NCBI GenBank assembly: GCA_964352385.1
Contig: CAYGRU010000004.1
Span: 27,926-91,925 of the forward strand
Direction: 5' to 3'
DNA: 64,000 nt
Source: an uncultured Candidatus Planktophila sp.
GTDB taxonomy: Bacteria > Pseudomonadota > Alphaproteobacteria > Rhodobacterales > Rhodobacteraceae
Part shown: piece after piece, positions 11,884-21,954 of the stretch
Layout: each line of letters opens with the position of its first letter
How positions within the stretch are numbered: the first letter of the stretch is position 1
Notes under the pieces: generated by a model
What the model was told of the DNA's origin: nothing
Databases searched by the model: none
The model's input: the letters and a program-made list of their open reading frames with translations, nothing else
Translations under genes and position numbers: made by a program

Positions 11884-13665
11884 ATGAACCTTTCAGAGCC
11901 ACACAAGAAGCGAAAGCGCCGCAAGGATCGCGAAAGCTTTACAGTCGTCCAGGACCTGCTGTTTCAGGCGCGCGACATGCTCGGCCTTGTCACCGAAGAC
12001 CGCCGCCGCAGCCGGGAATCGGCGCGTGGACGCCACCGCCGCATTCGAAACAACATGCGCCGTGGCGGCATATCTGCAACGAATTCCCTGTCGCGCCGGA
12101 TCGTCGCCTTCAACCTGATCGGGCTGGGTCTGCTGGTCGCGGGTGTGCTCTATCTCAACCAGTTCCGATCCGGCCTGATCGAGATGCGGACGCAGAGCCT
12201 CGAGACCCAGGGCGAGATCATTGCCGCTGCCGTCGCGGAGGCGTCGGGGACCGGCCCGAACGGCACCCGGTTCGACCCGGTTCGGGCCAATGTCGTCTTG
12301 CGGCGACTGGTGCAGCCGACCGGGGTGCGGGCACAGATTTTCGACCGCGCCGGGCGGTTGACCGGCGATACGCGATCCCTGCTGCGCGGCGCGGGACAGA
12401 TCGAGACCCTGCCCCTGCCGCCACCTGGCGAGCACCCGAACGAGCCTTTCCTCTCAACCGTCGAGCGATATTATCAGGACGTGCTGGAGTTCTTTACCGG
12501 CAAGCCGCCGATCTATCAGGAAACCCCTCTGACCGGCGTTGCGCAGGATAACGAGGTCTATACCGCGCTGCGCGGCGGCGTCGCGCGGTGGGAGCGGTTG
12601 AATTCCGAGGGTGAATTGATCGTCTCCGTCACCGTGCCGATCCAGCGGTTCAAGGCTGTGCTGGGCGTCCTGATGTTGTCGACCGAGGGCGGTGATATTG
12701 ACGAGATTGTTCGGGCCGAACGTATGGCGATCATCCAGGTGTTTCTGGTCGCACTGACCATTTCGCTGGCGCTCTCGGTCCTGCTGGCGAACACCATCGC
12801 CAAGCCGATTCGCCGGCTGGCGGAGGCAGCGGAGGCCGGCGGCACGGCGGAGGCCCGCCCGATCAACCCGCAGCGCATCCGCTTTCCCGATCTGACGGCG
12901 CGAACCGACGAAATCGGCTATCTCTCGTCCGCCCTGCGGCGGATGACGGAGGCGCTTTATCAACGGATCGACGCGATCGAGAGCTTCGCCGCCGACGTGG
13001 CGCATGAGATCAAGAACCCGCTCACCTCGCTCCGCTCGGCGGTGGAAACCCTGCGGATCGCAAAAACCCCTGACATGCAGGCGCGCCTCCTGGCGGTGAT
13101 CGAAAAAGACATCGGGCGGCTGGACCGGCTGGTCACGGACATCTCCAACGCATCCCGGCTCGACGCTGAGCTGACGCGGGAAGAGATGGAGCGTTTCGAC
13201 ATGATCGAGCTGGTGCAGGCCATTGCCGACATGAACGGCGCACAGGCCGAGGCGCGCAGCGCCAGCATCCGGATCGAGGAGAGCCAGCCGGAATTGCAGG
13301 TGAAGGGCCTTCAGGGCCGGATCGGACAGGTCTTGCAGAACCTCGTCGGCAACGCGCTGTCATTCTCGCCCAAGGGCGGCGAAGTGCGGATCGCAGCCTT
13401 TGCGCGTGCATCCTCCGTCCGCGTGACGGTGGAGGATGACGGGCCGGGAATCCCCGAAGCCAATCTCGGGACGATTTTCGAGCGGTTCTATTCGGAACGG
13501 CCCGATCACGAGGAATTTGGCAATCACTCCGGTCTGGGCCTGTCGATTTCCCGTCAGATCATCGAGGCGCATGGCGGCACGATTTGGGCCGAAAACCGAC
13601 GAGACGTGCCGGGGGCGGACGCAAAACCGAAGGGCGCGCGGTTCGTGTTCGAACTGCCGCTATGA
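11884..13665 (+). CDS. chvG: sensor histidine kinase ChvG/ExoS
   Basis: Two TM segments, HAMP, H-box HEIKNPLTSLRSAVETL, N/G boxes (NLVGNALSFS, DDGPGIP, GLGLSIS); immediately after chvI. Confidence 0.88.
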   Translation: MNLSEPHKKRKRRKDRESFTVVQDLLFQARDMLGLVTEDRRRSRESARGRHRRIRNNMRRGGISATNSLSRRIVAFNLIGLGLLVAGVLYLNQFRSGLIEMRTQSLETQGEIIAAAVAEASGTGPNGTRFDPVRANVVLRRLVQPTGVRAQIFDRAGRLTGDTRSLLRGAGQIETLPLPPPGEHPNEPFLSTVERYYQDVLEFFTGKPPIYQETPLTGVAQDNEVYTALRGGVARWERLNSEGELIVSVTVPIQRFKAVLGVLMLSTEGGDIDEIVRAERMAIIQVFLVALTISLALSVLLANTIAKPIRRLAEAAEAGGTAEARPINPQRIRFPDLTARTDEIGYLSSALRRMTEALYQRIDAIESFAADVAHEIKNPLTSLRSAVETLRIAKTPDMQARLLAVIEKDIGRLDRLVTDISNASRLDAELTREEMERFDMIELVQAIADMNGAQAEARSASIRIEESQPELQVKGLQGRIGQVLQNLVGNALSFSPKGGEVRIAAFARASSVRVTVEDDGPGIPEANLGTIFERFYSERPDHEEFGNHSGLGLSISRQIIEAHGGTIWAENRRDVPGADAKPKGARFVFELPL

Positions 13666-14201
13666 CCATCCCTGGCGATACTGAACAGGAAATACCGCAT
13701 CAGATGACGCTGCATGGCACCGTTGTCGCGCTGGACGGGCGCGGGCTTTTGATCCTTGGCGCATCGGGCGCGGGTAAATCGGCGCTTGCGCTTGATCTGA
13801 TCGCCCTCGGCGCCGGTCTGGTGGCGGACGATCTGGTGCGGCTGACACTCGTCCGTGGCGAGCTTGTGGCGGACCGGCCCGGACAATGGCGACAGGATGC
13901 GCTGATCGAGGCGCGCGGCATCGGCATCCTGTCATTGCCTGCGGCGCGCCCGACCCCGGTGGCGCTGGTGGTCGATCTGGGTCGCGTCACGACCGAACGC
14001 CTTCCCCCGGCGCGTCACTGGTCTGCGCTGGGCAAGGTTCTGCCTATGATCGCGGCACCTGCGACCGGCATCCATCCGGCGGCATTGTTCGCCGCCCTGC
14101 GGTTCGGCGCGCCGCTGGACCCCGACCTTGCCGTAGGCCGCGACCAGCCGCCGCTTGCACATGCGGACATCTGCGACGAAGCTGTGACAGTGGAAAACTG
14201 A
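13662..14201 (+). CDS. hprK: HPr kinase/phosphorylase, short alphaproteobacterial form (C-terminal domain only)
   Basis: ATG overlaps chvG stop (ATGA at 13662-13665). HGTVVALDGRGLLILGASGAGKSALALDLI P-loop, LVADD, IEARGIGI motif. Confidence 0.85.
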   Translation: MTIPGDTEQEIPHQMTLHGTVVALDGRGLLILGASGAGKSALALDLIALGAGLVADDLVRLTLVRGELVADRPGQWRQDALIEARGIGILSLPAARPTPVALVVDLGRVTTERLPPARHWSALGKVLPMIAAPATGIHPAALFAALRFGAPLDPDLAVGRDQPPLAHADICDEAVTVEN

Positions 14202-14227
14202 GTCGCTGTGGTGAATGGGGTCTGTGT

Positions 14228-14632
14228 ATGATCGGAATGGTCATTGTCGCGCATGGCGGGCTGGCGCATGAGCTGCTGGCAGCGACCATCCACGTGGTCG
14301 GCCCGCAAAGCGGCGTCGTTTCCGTCTCGACAGCCCCTGAAGACGATCTTTCGGCCAAGCAGGCAGAGATTTTCGCTGCGATTGATGCTGTCGACAAGGG
14401 CGATGGCGTCATCGTCATCACCGACATGTTCGGTGGCACCCCGTGCAACCTCGCCATCGGTTGTTCCGGTCGGAACGGCGTTGAGGTGATCTATGGCGCA
14501 AACCTGCCCTTGCTAGTGAAACTGGCCAAGTTGCGCGATCGCCCGATGGCAGAGGCGGCGGATCAGGCCATCGAGGCCGGTCGCAAATATATCGACACCG
14601 CATCGCGAATGTTGCGGGCAAAGGCTGTTTGA
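14228..14632 (+). CDS. PTS EIIA component, mannose/fructose family (PTS-Ntr-associated)
   Basis: MIGMVIVAHGGLAHELL (active-site His region) and ITDMFGGTPCN; 134 aa; ATG 14228 lies inside a longer ORF. Confidence 0.85.
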   Translation: MIGMVIVAHGGLAHELLAATIHVVGPQSGVVSVSTAPEDDLSAKQAEIFAAIDAVDKGDGVIVITDMFGGTPCNLAIGCSGRNGVEVIYGANLPLLVKLAKLRDRPMAEAADQAIEAGRKYIDTASRMLRAKAV

Positions 14633-14641
14633 CCCGGCCGT

Positions 14642-14914
14642 ATGCAGCAGAAACGCATATTCGAAATCATGAACGAGCGAGGGCTGCACGCCCGCGCATC
14701 GGCGAAATTCGTCGAGACGGTGGAACGGTTCGATGCGCGCGCTGCGGTGGAACGCGAGGGTATGCGCGTCAGCGGCGATTCCATCATGGGCCTTCTGATG
14801 CTTGCGGCGGCAAAGGGCCAGACCATCGAGGTGGAGACGAGCGGACCGGAAGCAGATGCGCTTCTGGCCGCGCTTGCCGATCTGATCGCGGGCAAGTTCG
14901 GCGAGGGCCGTTAA
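14642..14914 (+). CDS. HPr-family phosphocarrier protein
   Basis: IMNERGLHARASAKFV (His-15 region) and SGDSIMGLLMLAA (Ser-46 region); 90 aa. Confidence 0.9.
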   Translation: MQQKRIFEIMNERGLHARASAKFVETVERFDARAAVEREGMRVSGDSIMGLLMLAAAKGQTIEVETSGPEADALLAALADLIAGKFGEGR

Positions 14915-15483
14915 GGTTTCGCCGCCACCGCATGATGCGGGCAGGTGATCAAGTGGTCGTTCACCATGCCGGTCGCCTGCATGAACGCATAGGCGATGGT
15001 CGGCCCGCAGAACTTGAACCCCTCCGCCTTCAGCGCCTTTGAAAGTCGGGCGCTGACGGGGGTTTCTGCCGGAACCTCCGCCATCGTCGTGAACCGGTTC
15101 TGCACGGGCTGCCCATCAACGAAATCCCAGATGAACGCGGAAAACCCGCCCCTCGATTCAATCTCCAGCCATTTCTGTGCGCCGGTGATCGTCGCCTCGA
15201 TCTTGCCTCTGTGGCGGATGATCCCGGCATCGGCCAGCAGACGGTCCACATCATCGGGCCCGAAACGTGCGACGACCTCCGGCGCGAAACCCTTGAACGC
15301 CTCGCGAAATGCCGGGCGTTTTTTCAGGATGGTGTACCAGGACAATCCGGCCTGAAATGCCTCCAGCATCAGCATTTCGAAAAGGGCACGCGGGTCACGC
15401 TCTGGTCGGCCCCACTCATTGTCATGATAGGCGACATAGAGCGGATCGTCGCCGCACCACGGGCATCTGGCCTTATGTTCCAT
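14911..15483 (-). CDS. tag: DNA-3-methyladenine glycosylase I
   Basis: MEHKARCPWCGDDPLYVAYHDNEWGRPERD...LMLEAFQAGLSW. ATG 15483 preferred over the upstream 15528 start. Confidence 0.9.
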   Translation of the reverse strand: MEHKARCPWCGDDPLYVAYHDNEWGRPERDPRALFEMLMLEAFQAGLSWYTILKKRPAFREAFKGFAPEVVARFGPDDVDRLLADAGIIRHRGKIEATITGAQKWLEIESRGGFSAFIWDFVDGQPVQNRFTTMAEVPAETPVSARLSKALKAEGFKFCGPTIAYAFMQATGMVNDHLITCPHHAVAAKP

Positions 15484-15605
15484 TAACTCTTTCCCTGCGA
15501 ATCTCTGATAGGAACAATAATAGAACATTTGGCGACGAAGCTGAATTGATTCGTTTACAGGTCGCTGCGGACGCGACGTTGAAGCCTTGGAGCGGGGGAG
15601 ACAGG

Positions 15606-16913
15606 ATGGGAAAGATCATGCCGATTTCAGAACATGCCGGTCGGTTTGTCGGGCGGGATGACATGCCGGAGAGGATCTCCGCGTTGCGGGGGCCGGTCGT
15701 CGTTGTCGTCTTGTCCGTTGCAAACCTGAAAGCGGTCAACCGCGTTCATGGTCACGCTGCCGGCGACCGGATGCTGGTGACCCTTCGTGCCCGGATCGGT
15801 GCCGTCTTGCCCCCGGATGCGGTCTTTGCGCGCCTGTCGGGGGGCAAGTTCGTCATCGCGATGCGCGAAGGGGATGCTGTGCCGCTGGCGGGCTTTCCGG
15901 ACGCTGTGGCAGCGCGGCTGCTGTCCGCGATTGGGGACCTCGCTATTCTTGTGCCGGGAAGCATCAGGGCGGGCGAGGTGCAGATCAACGTGGAACTGCG
16001 CATCGGTGCCTGCGCCGCCGGTGCGCGGACGCCCTTGTCGGATGCGGCGGCACTGATGGATGGTGCGCTGGCGGCCCATGATCGGGCGCAGGAAGATCAG
16101 GCGCAGATCCGCCTTTCGCTGCTCGACGATGTGGCGGGTGGGGCCGGTGACATCGGGACTGCGCGCCGGGCCTTGGCGGCGATCCGTGCCGGGCAGGTCA
16201 GCATCGCGTTGCAATCGGTTGTATCCGCCGAAAACCCCGGTCGCATCATGTTCCGCGAGGCGCTGATCCGCATTCCCGGCCCGCAGGGACAACCGCTTGC
16301 CGCGGGTCATTTCATGCCTGTCCTCGCCCGTCTCGACATGACGGAGGCGGCCGATATCGCGGTGCTGCGCCTCGCCTTCGATCATCTGGCCGCTGATCCC
16401 GGACTGCGCCTGTCGGTCAATCTGTCACGAGGCTCGATTGCGCGGGGCGGCTGGGGCGATGTGTTTTCCGACCTCGCCATGCGCGCACCGCGTGCTGCCG
16501 AGCGGCTGATCGTCGAGGTGACCGAGGATGCCGCGCTGTCCGACTGTGCGGCGGCGGCGACGCTGTTCATGCTGATCCGTGCGCAAGGGGCCGCATTGGC
16601 GCTGGATGATTTCGGGGCGGGGCGGACATCCTTCCGGCACCTGCGGGATTTCCGCTTCGACATGGTGAAGATCGACGGGGCCTTCATCACCGGGATCGAC
16701 CAGTCACCCGACAACCGGATGATGGTCTCGGCGCTGACCGCCATCGCGCGGCAGTTCGACATGATGGTGATCGCGGAACATGTCGAAACCGCCGCCGAGG
16801 CGCGCACCCTCGGGCGACTTGGCGTCGACGGGTTTCAGGGTTTTCTGTTCGGTCGTCCCGCGCTTGTCTGGGCGGATGGGTGCACGGTGACCTCGCAGGG
16901 GCTTCAGGCCTGA
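15606..16913 (+). CDS. GGDEF (degenerate) - EAL domain protein, putative c-di-GMP phosphodiesterase
   Basis: Start chosen at MGKIMPISEH. GGDEF position reads RLSGGKFVI (degenerate). EAL domain motifs EVTED, LALDDFGAGRTSF, MVKIDGAFI, AEHVET, GVDGFQGFLFGRP. Confidence 0.8.
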   Translation: MGKIMPISEHAGRFVGRDDMPERISALRGPVVVVVLSVANLKAVNRVHGHAAGDRMLVTLRARIGAVLPPDAVFARLSGGKFVIAMREGDAVPLAGFPDAVAARLLSAIGDLAILVPGSIRAGEVQINVELRIGACAAGARTPLSDAAALMDGALAAHDRAQEDQAQIRLSLLDDVAGGAGDIGTARRALAAIRAGQVSIALQSVVSAENPGRIMFREALIRIPGPQGQPLAAGHFMPVLARLDMTEAADIAVLRLAFDHLAADPGLRLSVNLSRGSIARGGWGDVFSDLAMRAPRAAERLIVEVTEDAALSDCAAAATLFMLIRAQGAALALDDFGAGRTSFRHLRDFRFDMVKIDGAFITGIDQSPDNRMMVSALTAIARQFDMMVIAEHVETAAEARTLGRLGVDGFQGFLFGRPALVWADGCTVTSQGLQA

Positions 16914-16920
16914 CCCCGGA

Positions 16921-17541
16921 TCAGGACTTGCCGGACAGTTTGTTCAGTTGCGCCTGCATGGTTTCAAGCTGGGCCTTCAGCGCATCGAGGTCCTCTGTCC
17001 GGCCTGACGGCTCCGGCTTGTTTTCCGTGGCAGGGGTTTCGCGCAGGGAGTGACCGGTGCCGACCGATTTGAAGGGGGAGAACATCCGCATCGCCTGATC
17101 GAACCATTCCATGTTCTTGCGGGTCATCGCCTCCAGATTCTCGATACCCGAGGCGGCACCGAACATCCGCTTCACCTGAATGCGCATCTCTTCCTGATGG
17201 CGGGTGAACGTCTCCATCGACGCATCGAGATAGCCGGGCACGACGCTTTGCAGCGAATCGCCATAGAGGCTGATGATCTGGCGCAGGAAGTTGGTCGGCA
17301 GCATGGATGCGCCCTTGCCCTCTTCCTCGAAGATGATCTGTGTCAGAACTGAACGGGTGATGTCATCGCCGGTCTTGGCATCGCGAACGATGAAATCCTG
17401 CCCCTCGCGCACCATCTCCGACAGATGCTCCAGCGTCACATAGCTGCTGCGCGCCGTGTTATAGAGGCGGCGGTTCGCGTATTTCTTGATGACGATGGCC
17501 GTGTCACCGTCGGACGATTTGGCTGCGCCGGTCGCCGTCAT
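16921..17541 (-). CDS. phaR: polyhydroxyalkanoate synthesis repressor PhaR
   Basis: IKKYANRRLYNTARSSYVTLEHLSEMVREGQDFIVRDAKTGDDITRSVLTQIIFEEE is the conserved PhaR N-terminal domain. Confidence 0.92.
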   Translation of the reverse strand: MTATGAAKSSDGDTAIVIKKYANRRLYNTARSSYVTLEHLSEMVREGQDFIVRDAKTGDDITRSVLTQIIFEEEGKGASMLPTNFLRQIISLYGDSLQSVVPGYLDASMETFTRHQEEMRIQVKRMFGAASGIENLEAMTRKNMEWFDQAMRMFSPFKSVGTGHSLRETPATENKPEPSGRTEDLDALKAQLETMQAQLNKLSGKS

Positions 17542-17592
17542 CTTGTTTGCTCCCCAAAAGTGCTCAGTTTCTCAGCATATTCCCCCATCGCA

Positions 17593-17603
17593 CTGCACTG
17601 CAA
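17593..17603. promoter_or_regulatory. possible PhaR operator half-palindrome CTGC-ACT-GCAA upstream of phaR
   Basis: About 50 bp upstream of the phaR ATG. Resembles the CTGC-N3-GCAG site I recall being described for Rhodobacter sphaeroides PhaR (one mismatch). Confidence 0.25.
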
Positions 17604-17690
17604 CCTGATTTTGCCGCGCCGCGAGAAACCCCGCCTTGATCGCGCCGTGATCCGCTGCCACAGCGGACAGCGACAGGTCCGATGGACTGA

Positions 17691-17915
17691 ATGATGCCGA
17701 GCTTCTATCTTGCCCCAATGTCCGTGAACCAGGATGCCGTTGAACCGTTGACCGACCTCGCCGATCACGGCGCGGCCAGCGATCCCGCCGTCATGGCTGC
17801 TGCGCGTGCCGAACTGGCCCGCCGGTATCTGGATATGTGGGAGCGACACATGTCAGCGCTGGCACGCACCGGCCCCGATCTTCTGGCGCTGTCCTATCCT
17901 GACGATCTGGACTGA
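17691..17915 (+). CDS. hypothetical small protein upstream of PhaC-like gene
   Basis: 74-aa ORF with host-like codon bias, ending 5 nt before the next gene. No recognisable motif. Confidence 0.35.
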   Translation: MMPSFYLAPMSVNQDAVEPLTDLADHGAASDPAVMAAARAELARRYLDMWERHMSALARTGPDLLALSYPDDLD

Positions 17916-17920
17916 CTTTC

Positions 17921-19213
17921 GTGCGGGTGGCCCGACCCATCGACGAAGATCGGACAGTGCCACCGCACAGGCTCGGCGCGCCGTCGCCGCTGGTCATGCA
18001 CCTCGCCTCCGCCGCCGAACTGTTCGAGACCGGTGCCCGACTGTCGCCGCTCGCCGCGTCCGCCCGATTTCCGTGGGGGGCGGAGCCGACGGCGGAGGAG
18101 GTTGAACTCGCAGCGGCGATGAGCGCCGTATCGACACCGGAAATGGCGGTCGCCTTGCGGATCGAAGCGGCATCGCGGCTGGCACAGATGGCAGCGGGCA
18201 TCCGCCTTTACCAGCACAGCAAACACCAGCGCGATCTGGCGGAGCCGCCGGTGATCTGGCGGCTTGGGTCTGCCCGGCTGTTCGATTACGGCGCTTCGCG
18301 GCCTGACGCGCTGCCGGTTCTGGTCGCGCCGTCGCTGATCAATTCCTATCAGATTCTCGATCTCGACCATGATTGCTCTCTGATGCGGCATCTGGCGGAG
18401 GCCGGGCTTCGGCCCTTGCTGCTGGACTGGGGCAAACCGGGGCAGGAGGAGCAAGGATTTTCGCTGACCGACTACCTGCAGAACCGACTCGTTCCTGCCT
18501 TCGATTTCGTCAGCGTGGCAACAGCCGCCCGGCGGGTGTCGTTGCTCGGCTATTGCATGGGGGGGACGTTGACCGTCGCTTTGGCAGCGCTGCGGCATGA
18601 CCAAGTGGGCCGGATGGCGCTGATGGGCGCGCCGTGGCGGTTTTCGAACATGCGCCCGATGCGCAGCGCGCTCGCCGCGCTTGGGATCAGCGGCGACGAG
18701 GGGCGCTTGGGGCAACAGATCGCAAGCGTCGCATCGGCGTTCGGCACGATCCCGGTCACGGCATTGCAGGCCGTCTTTGCGCAACTCGATCCCGGCCTCG
18801 CGGCGCGAAAGTTCCGCCGCTTCGCTGGCCTTGACCCCGAATCCGATGCCGCGCGGAAATTCGTGCTGCTGGAGGATTGGCTGAACGCAGGCCCGCCCTT
18901 GTCAGGCCCCGCGGCCCATGAGGCGCTGATCGACTGGCATCTGAACGATCTGCCGGGCCGTGGCCTTTGGGTCGTGGACGGCGTGCGCATCCGGCCTGAT
19001 GCGATCACCGTACCGACCCTGATCGTCGCCGCCCGTGCCGACAGTATCACACCGCCGGGGGCGACCGAGGTTCTGGGCGACCTTCTGGCGGATGCGCGCA
19101 TCGTGCGTCCGTCCTCCGGCCATGTCGGAATGGTGGTCAGTCAGGACGCCGCACGGGAAATGTGGGCCCCGTTGACCGCGTTCCTGACCGGAGTCGGGCC
19201 AGATGTTGGATAA
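17921..19213 (+). CDS. alpha/beta-fold hydrolase, PHA synthase (PhaC)-like
   Basis: GTG start. Lipase-box-like LLGYCMGGTL (G-x-C-x-G-G as in PhaC), downstream HVGM His. Divergent from phaR. 430 aa is shorter than class I PhaC. Confidence 0.6.
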   Translation: MRVARPIDEDRTVPPHRLGAPSPLVMHLASAAELFETGARLSPLAASARFPWGAEPTAEEVELAAAMSAVSTPEMAVALRIEAASRLAQMAAGIRLYQHSKHQRDLAEPPVIWRLGSARLFDYGASRPDALPVLVAPSLINSYQILDLDHDCSLMRHLAEAGLRPLLLDWGKPGQEEQGFSLTDYLQNRLVPAFDFVSVATAARRVSLLGYCMGGTLTVALAALRHDQVGRMALMGAPWRFSNMRPMRSALAALGISGDEGRLGQQIASVASAFGTIPVTALQAVFAQLDPGLAARKFRRFAGLDPESDAARKFVLLEDWLNAGPPLSGPAAHEALIDWHLNDLPGRGLWVVDGVRIRPDAITVPTLIVAARADSITPPGATEVLGDLLADARIVRPSSGHVGMVVSQDAAREMWAPLTAFLTGVGPDVG

Positions 19214-19347
19214 ACTGAATTTGCCTGACCGCAAGTGACGCTGCAAGCGGAGCGCGCAAGCCGCCCGTCAGATATGGCGGCGTTTCTTGCAGTGCACAAG
19301 AATTGCGCACTGCGCATCATGTTCCGCGTATCGCATTGGCAGATGCG

Positions 19348-19512
19348 TCAGGAGGCACGGCAATCGGCATTTGCAGGATCTTCGCGGCGAACTGCGCCGC
19401 TGATCTGACGGGCCAGATACTGAAAAGCTGACAAAAACGCCAGCGAACGCAACCGCCGCCCATTCTGAATGCCGTTCTGAATGTCGCGTTCCGAGATCGA
19501 CAAATTTTCCAT
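19348..19512 (-). CDS. hypothetical small protein (54 aa)
   Basis: ATG 19512 preceded by AAGGA RBS (MENLSISERDIQNG...). Divergent from the LysR gene. No family recognised. Confidence 0.3.
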   Translation of the reverse strand: MENLSISERDIQNGIQNGRRLRSLAFLSAFQYLARQISGAVRREDPANADCRAS

Positions 19513-19617
19513 GACCACAGTCCTTTCAGGTCTTCGCGGCATGATTGCCTTGATGGAACAACATCTAGGGATTACCTTGCGCTGCAACAAATCAGTTCTT
19601 CACAAGGTTCAGTCAAG

Positions 19618-20559
19618 ATGGGCTTAACTGATCGCCTGCCCCCGCTGACCGCGCTGCGTGCCTTTGAGGCAGCGGCGCGTCACCTGAGTTTCGCCAAGGC
19701 GGCAGATGAACTCTATGTAACGCCCGCCGCGCTCAGCTATCAGATCAAAAGCCTTGAGACCGATATCGGTGTGCCGCTGTTCCGGCGGCTGAACCGCGCT
19801 GTCGAGTTGACAGAGGCAGGGCGCCTGCTGGCACCGGGCGTGTCGGAGGGGTTCGATGCGCTGAAAGCGGCGGTGCGCAATGTGAACAAGATGCGCGAGG
19901 GGCGCGGTCTGGTGCTGACCGCCGGGCCTGCCTTCACCTCGAAATGGCTCGCGCCCCGGATATTCCGGTTCATCGAGCGGCACCCGGATATCGAGGTGCG
20001 GATCGTCGCATCGTTGAAAAAGCTCGATTTTGACCGCGATGAAGTGGATGCCGCGATCCGGTTCACGCGGCAGGATGATGAACCGGGCTGTTACACCGAA
20101 ACGTTGATCCACGAGTTGATGACACCGATCTGTAGTCCGGCGCTGGCGGCGCAGTTGAAAACGCCGGACGACCTGAAGAACCATTCCTTCATTCACGATG
20201 AATCGCTGTCGATCATGGTCCGCCCCCCCAACTGGGGCGACTGGCTGGAGGCGGCGGGGGTCACCGCGAACTGGCGCAAGGGCCCGAAATTTTCCAACGC
20301 CGATCACGCCTTAGCGGCGGCGGCGGAGGGGGGTGGCGTCGCGCTGGGCCGTCTTTCGCTTGCGGCCAGCGATATCAGGGCGGGCCGTCTGGTCGCGCCG
20401 TTCGACATTGCCATCGACACCGGCGCGCATTTCAATTTCGTCTGTCCGGCCGGGTCGGAAACGCGGCCCGAATATGTCGCGTTGCTGGAATGGCTGCGCG
20501 ATGAACTGGCGGGTGAAAGCGCGCCGGAAGATGGCATGCGGATCGTCAAGCTGGGCTGA
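19618..20559 (+). CDS. LysR-family transcriptional regulator (GcvA-like)
   Basis: LPPLTALRAFEAAARHLSFAKAADELYVTPAALSYQIKSLE HTH; 313 aa. Confidence 0.88.
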   Translation: MGLTDRLPPLTALRAFEAAARHLSFAKAADELYVTPAALSYQIKSLETDIGVPLFRRLNRAVELTEAGRLLAPGVSEGFDALKAAVRNVNKMREGRGLVLTAGPAFTSKWLAPRIFRFIERHPDIEVRIVASLKKLDFDRDEVDAAIRFTRQDDEPGCYTETLIHELMTPICSPALAAQLKTPDDLKNHSFIHDESLSIMVRPPNWGDWLEAAGVTANWRKGPKFSNADHALAAAAEGGGVALGRLSLAASDIRAGRLVAPFDIAIDTGAHFNFVCPAGSETRPEYVALLEWLRDELAGESAPEDGMRIVKLG

Positions 20560-20658
20560 ATTCATCACCATCGCGGCAGGCGCAATTTTCGACCTTCACC
20601 TGATTGCGTTGGCCCGCTATAGGCTGGGCAAATATGCGCTGGCGCGACGGAGACAGAT

Positions 20659-21384
20659 ATGAAGATCGGTGTGTTGCAGGCTGGCCTTTTGCCGGAGGAA
20701 ATGGCGCCCCGGTGGGGCGAATATGACAGCGTGTTCACCCGGTTCCTGACCCAGGCAGACCCGAACCTCGAATTTCAGGGCTGGCGCGTGGTGGAGGGGG
20801 AGTTTCCCGATGCGCCCGATGTCGTCGATGGCTGGATCATTTCAGGCTCCAAGCATGGCGTATACGAAGACCACTTCTGGCTGCCACCGCTGAAGGACTT
20901 CATCCGGGCCTGCGCTGGGGCGCGGGTGCCGATGATCGGCGTCTGTTTTGGCCATCAGGTCATGGCGGAGGCGTTGGGCGGCAAGGCCGTCAAATCGGAA
21001 AAGGGCTGGGGCCTTGGCCCGCATGAATATGTGACCAAGGATCTGCCCGGCTGGATGTCGGATGCACCAGGCAGCATCCGGATCGAGGCAGTGCATCAGG
21101 ATCAGGTCATCGCATTGCCACCGGATGCGACCCCTGTCGCGTCATCGGCGTTCTGCGAGAATGCCGCGCTTCTTTATGGCGACCCGGATCACCCCTATGC
21201 GATGTCGATTCAGCCCCATCCGGAGATGAGCGCGGAATTTGTCGAAGAGCTTATCGCAACCCGGCGCGGCGTGGCCTTTCCTGAGGCATTGAGCGATGCG
21301 GCGCTGGCGCGAAATTCGCTTCCGCTGAACAATGACTGGGCTGCGAAATGGTTTCTGGATTTCCTGAGACTCCACAAGAGCTAA
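20659..21384 (+). CDS. class I glutamine amidotransferase-like protein
   Basis: PMIGVCFGHQVMAEALGG nucleophile elbow, later QPHPE His/Glu motif; 241 aa. Confidence 0.8.
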   Translation: MKIGVLQAGLLPEEMAPRWGEYDSVFTRFLTQADPNLEFQGWRVVEGEFPDAPDVVDGWIISGSKHGVYEDHFWLPPLKDFIRACAGARVPMIGVCFGHQVMAEALGGKAVKSEKGWGLGPHEYVTKDLPGWMSDAPGSIRIEAVHQDQVIALPPDATPVASSAFCENAALLYGDPDHPYAMSIQPHPEMSAEFVEELIATRRGVAFPEALSDAALARNSLPLNNDWAAKWFLDFLRLHKS

Positions 21385-21391
21385 AATTTAG

Positions 21392-21922
<531 letters not shown>

Positions 21923-21954
21923 TGCGCGCGCTGAAACAAGGGGACATTACGACC

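Noticed and set aside
19270-19310. Imperfect inverted repeat GCAGTGCACA-agaat-TGCGCACTGC downstream of the PhaC-like gene, considered as a LysR box or terminator
   Set aside because: It has a mismatch in a short stem and no T-run. It also lies about 300 bp from the LysR gene start. The support is too weak.
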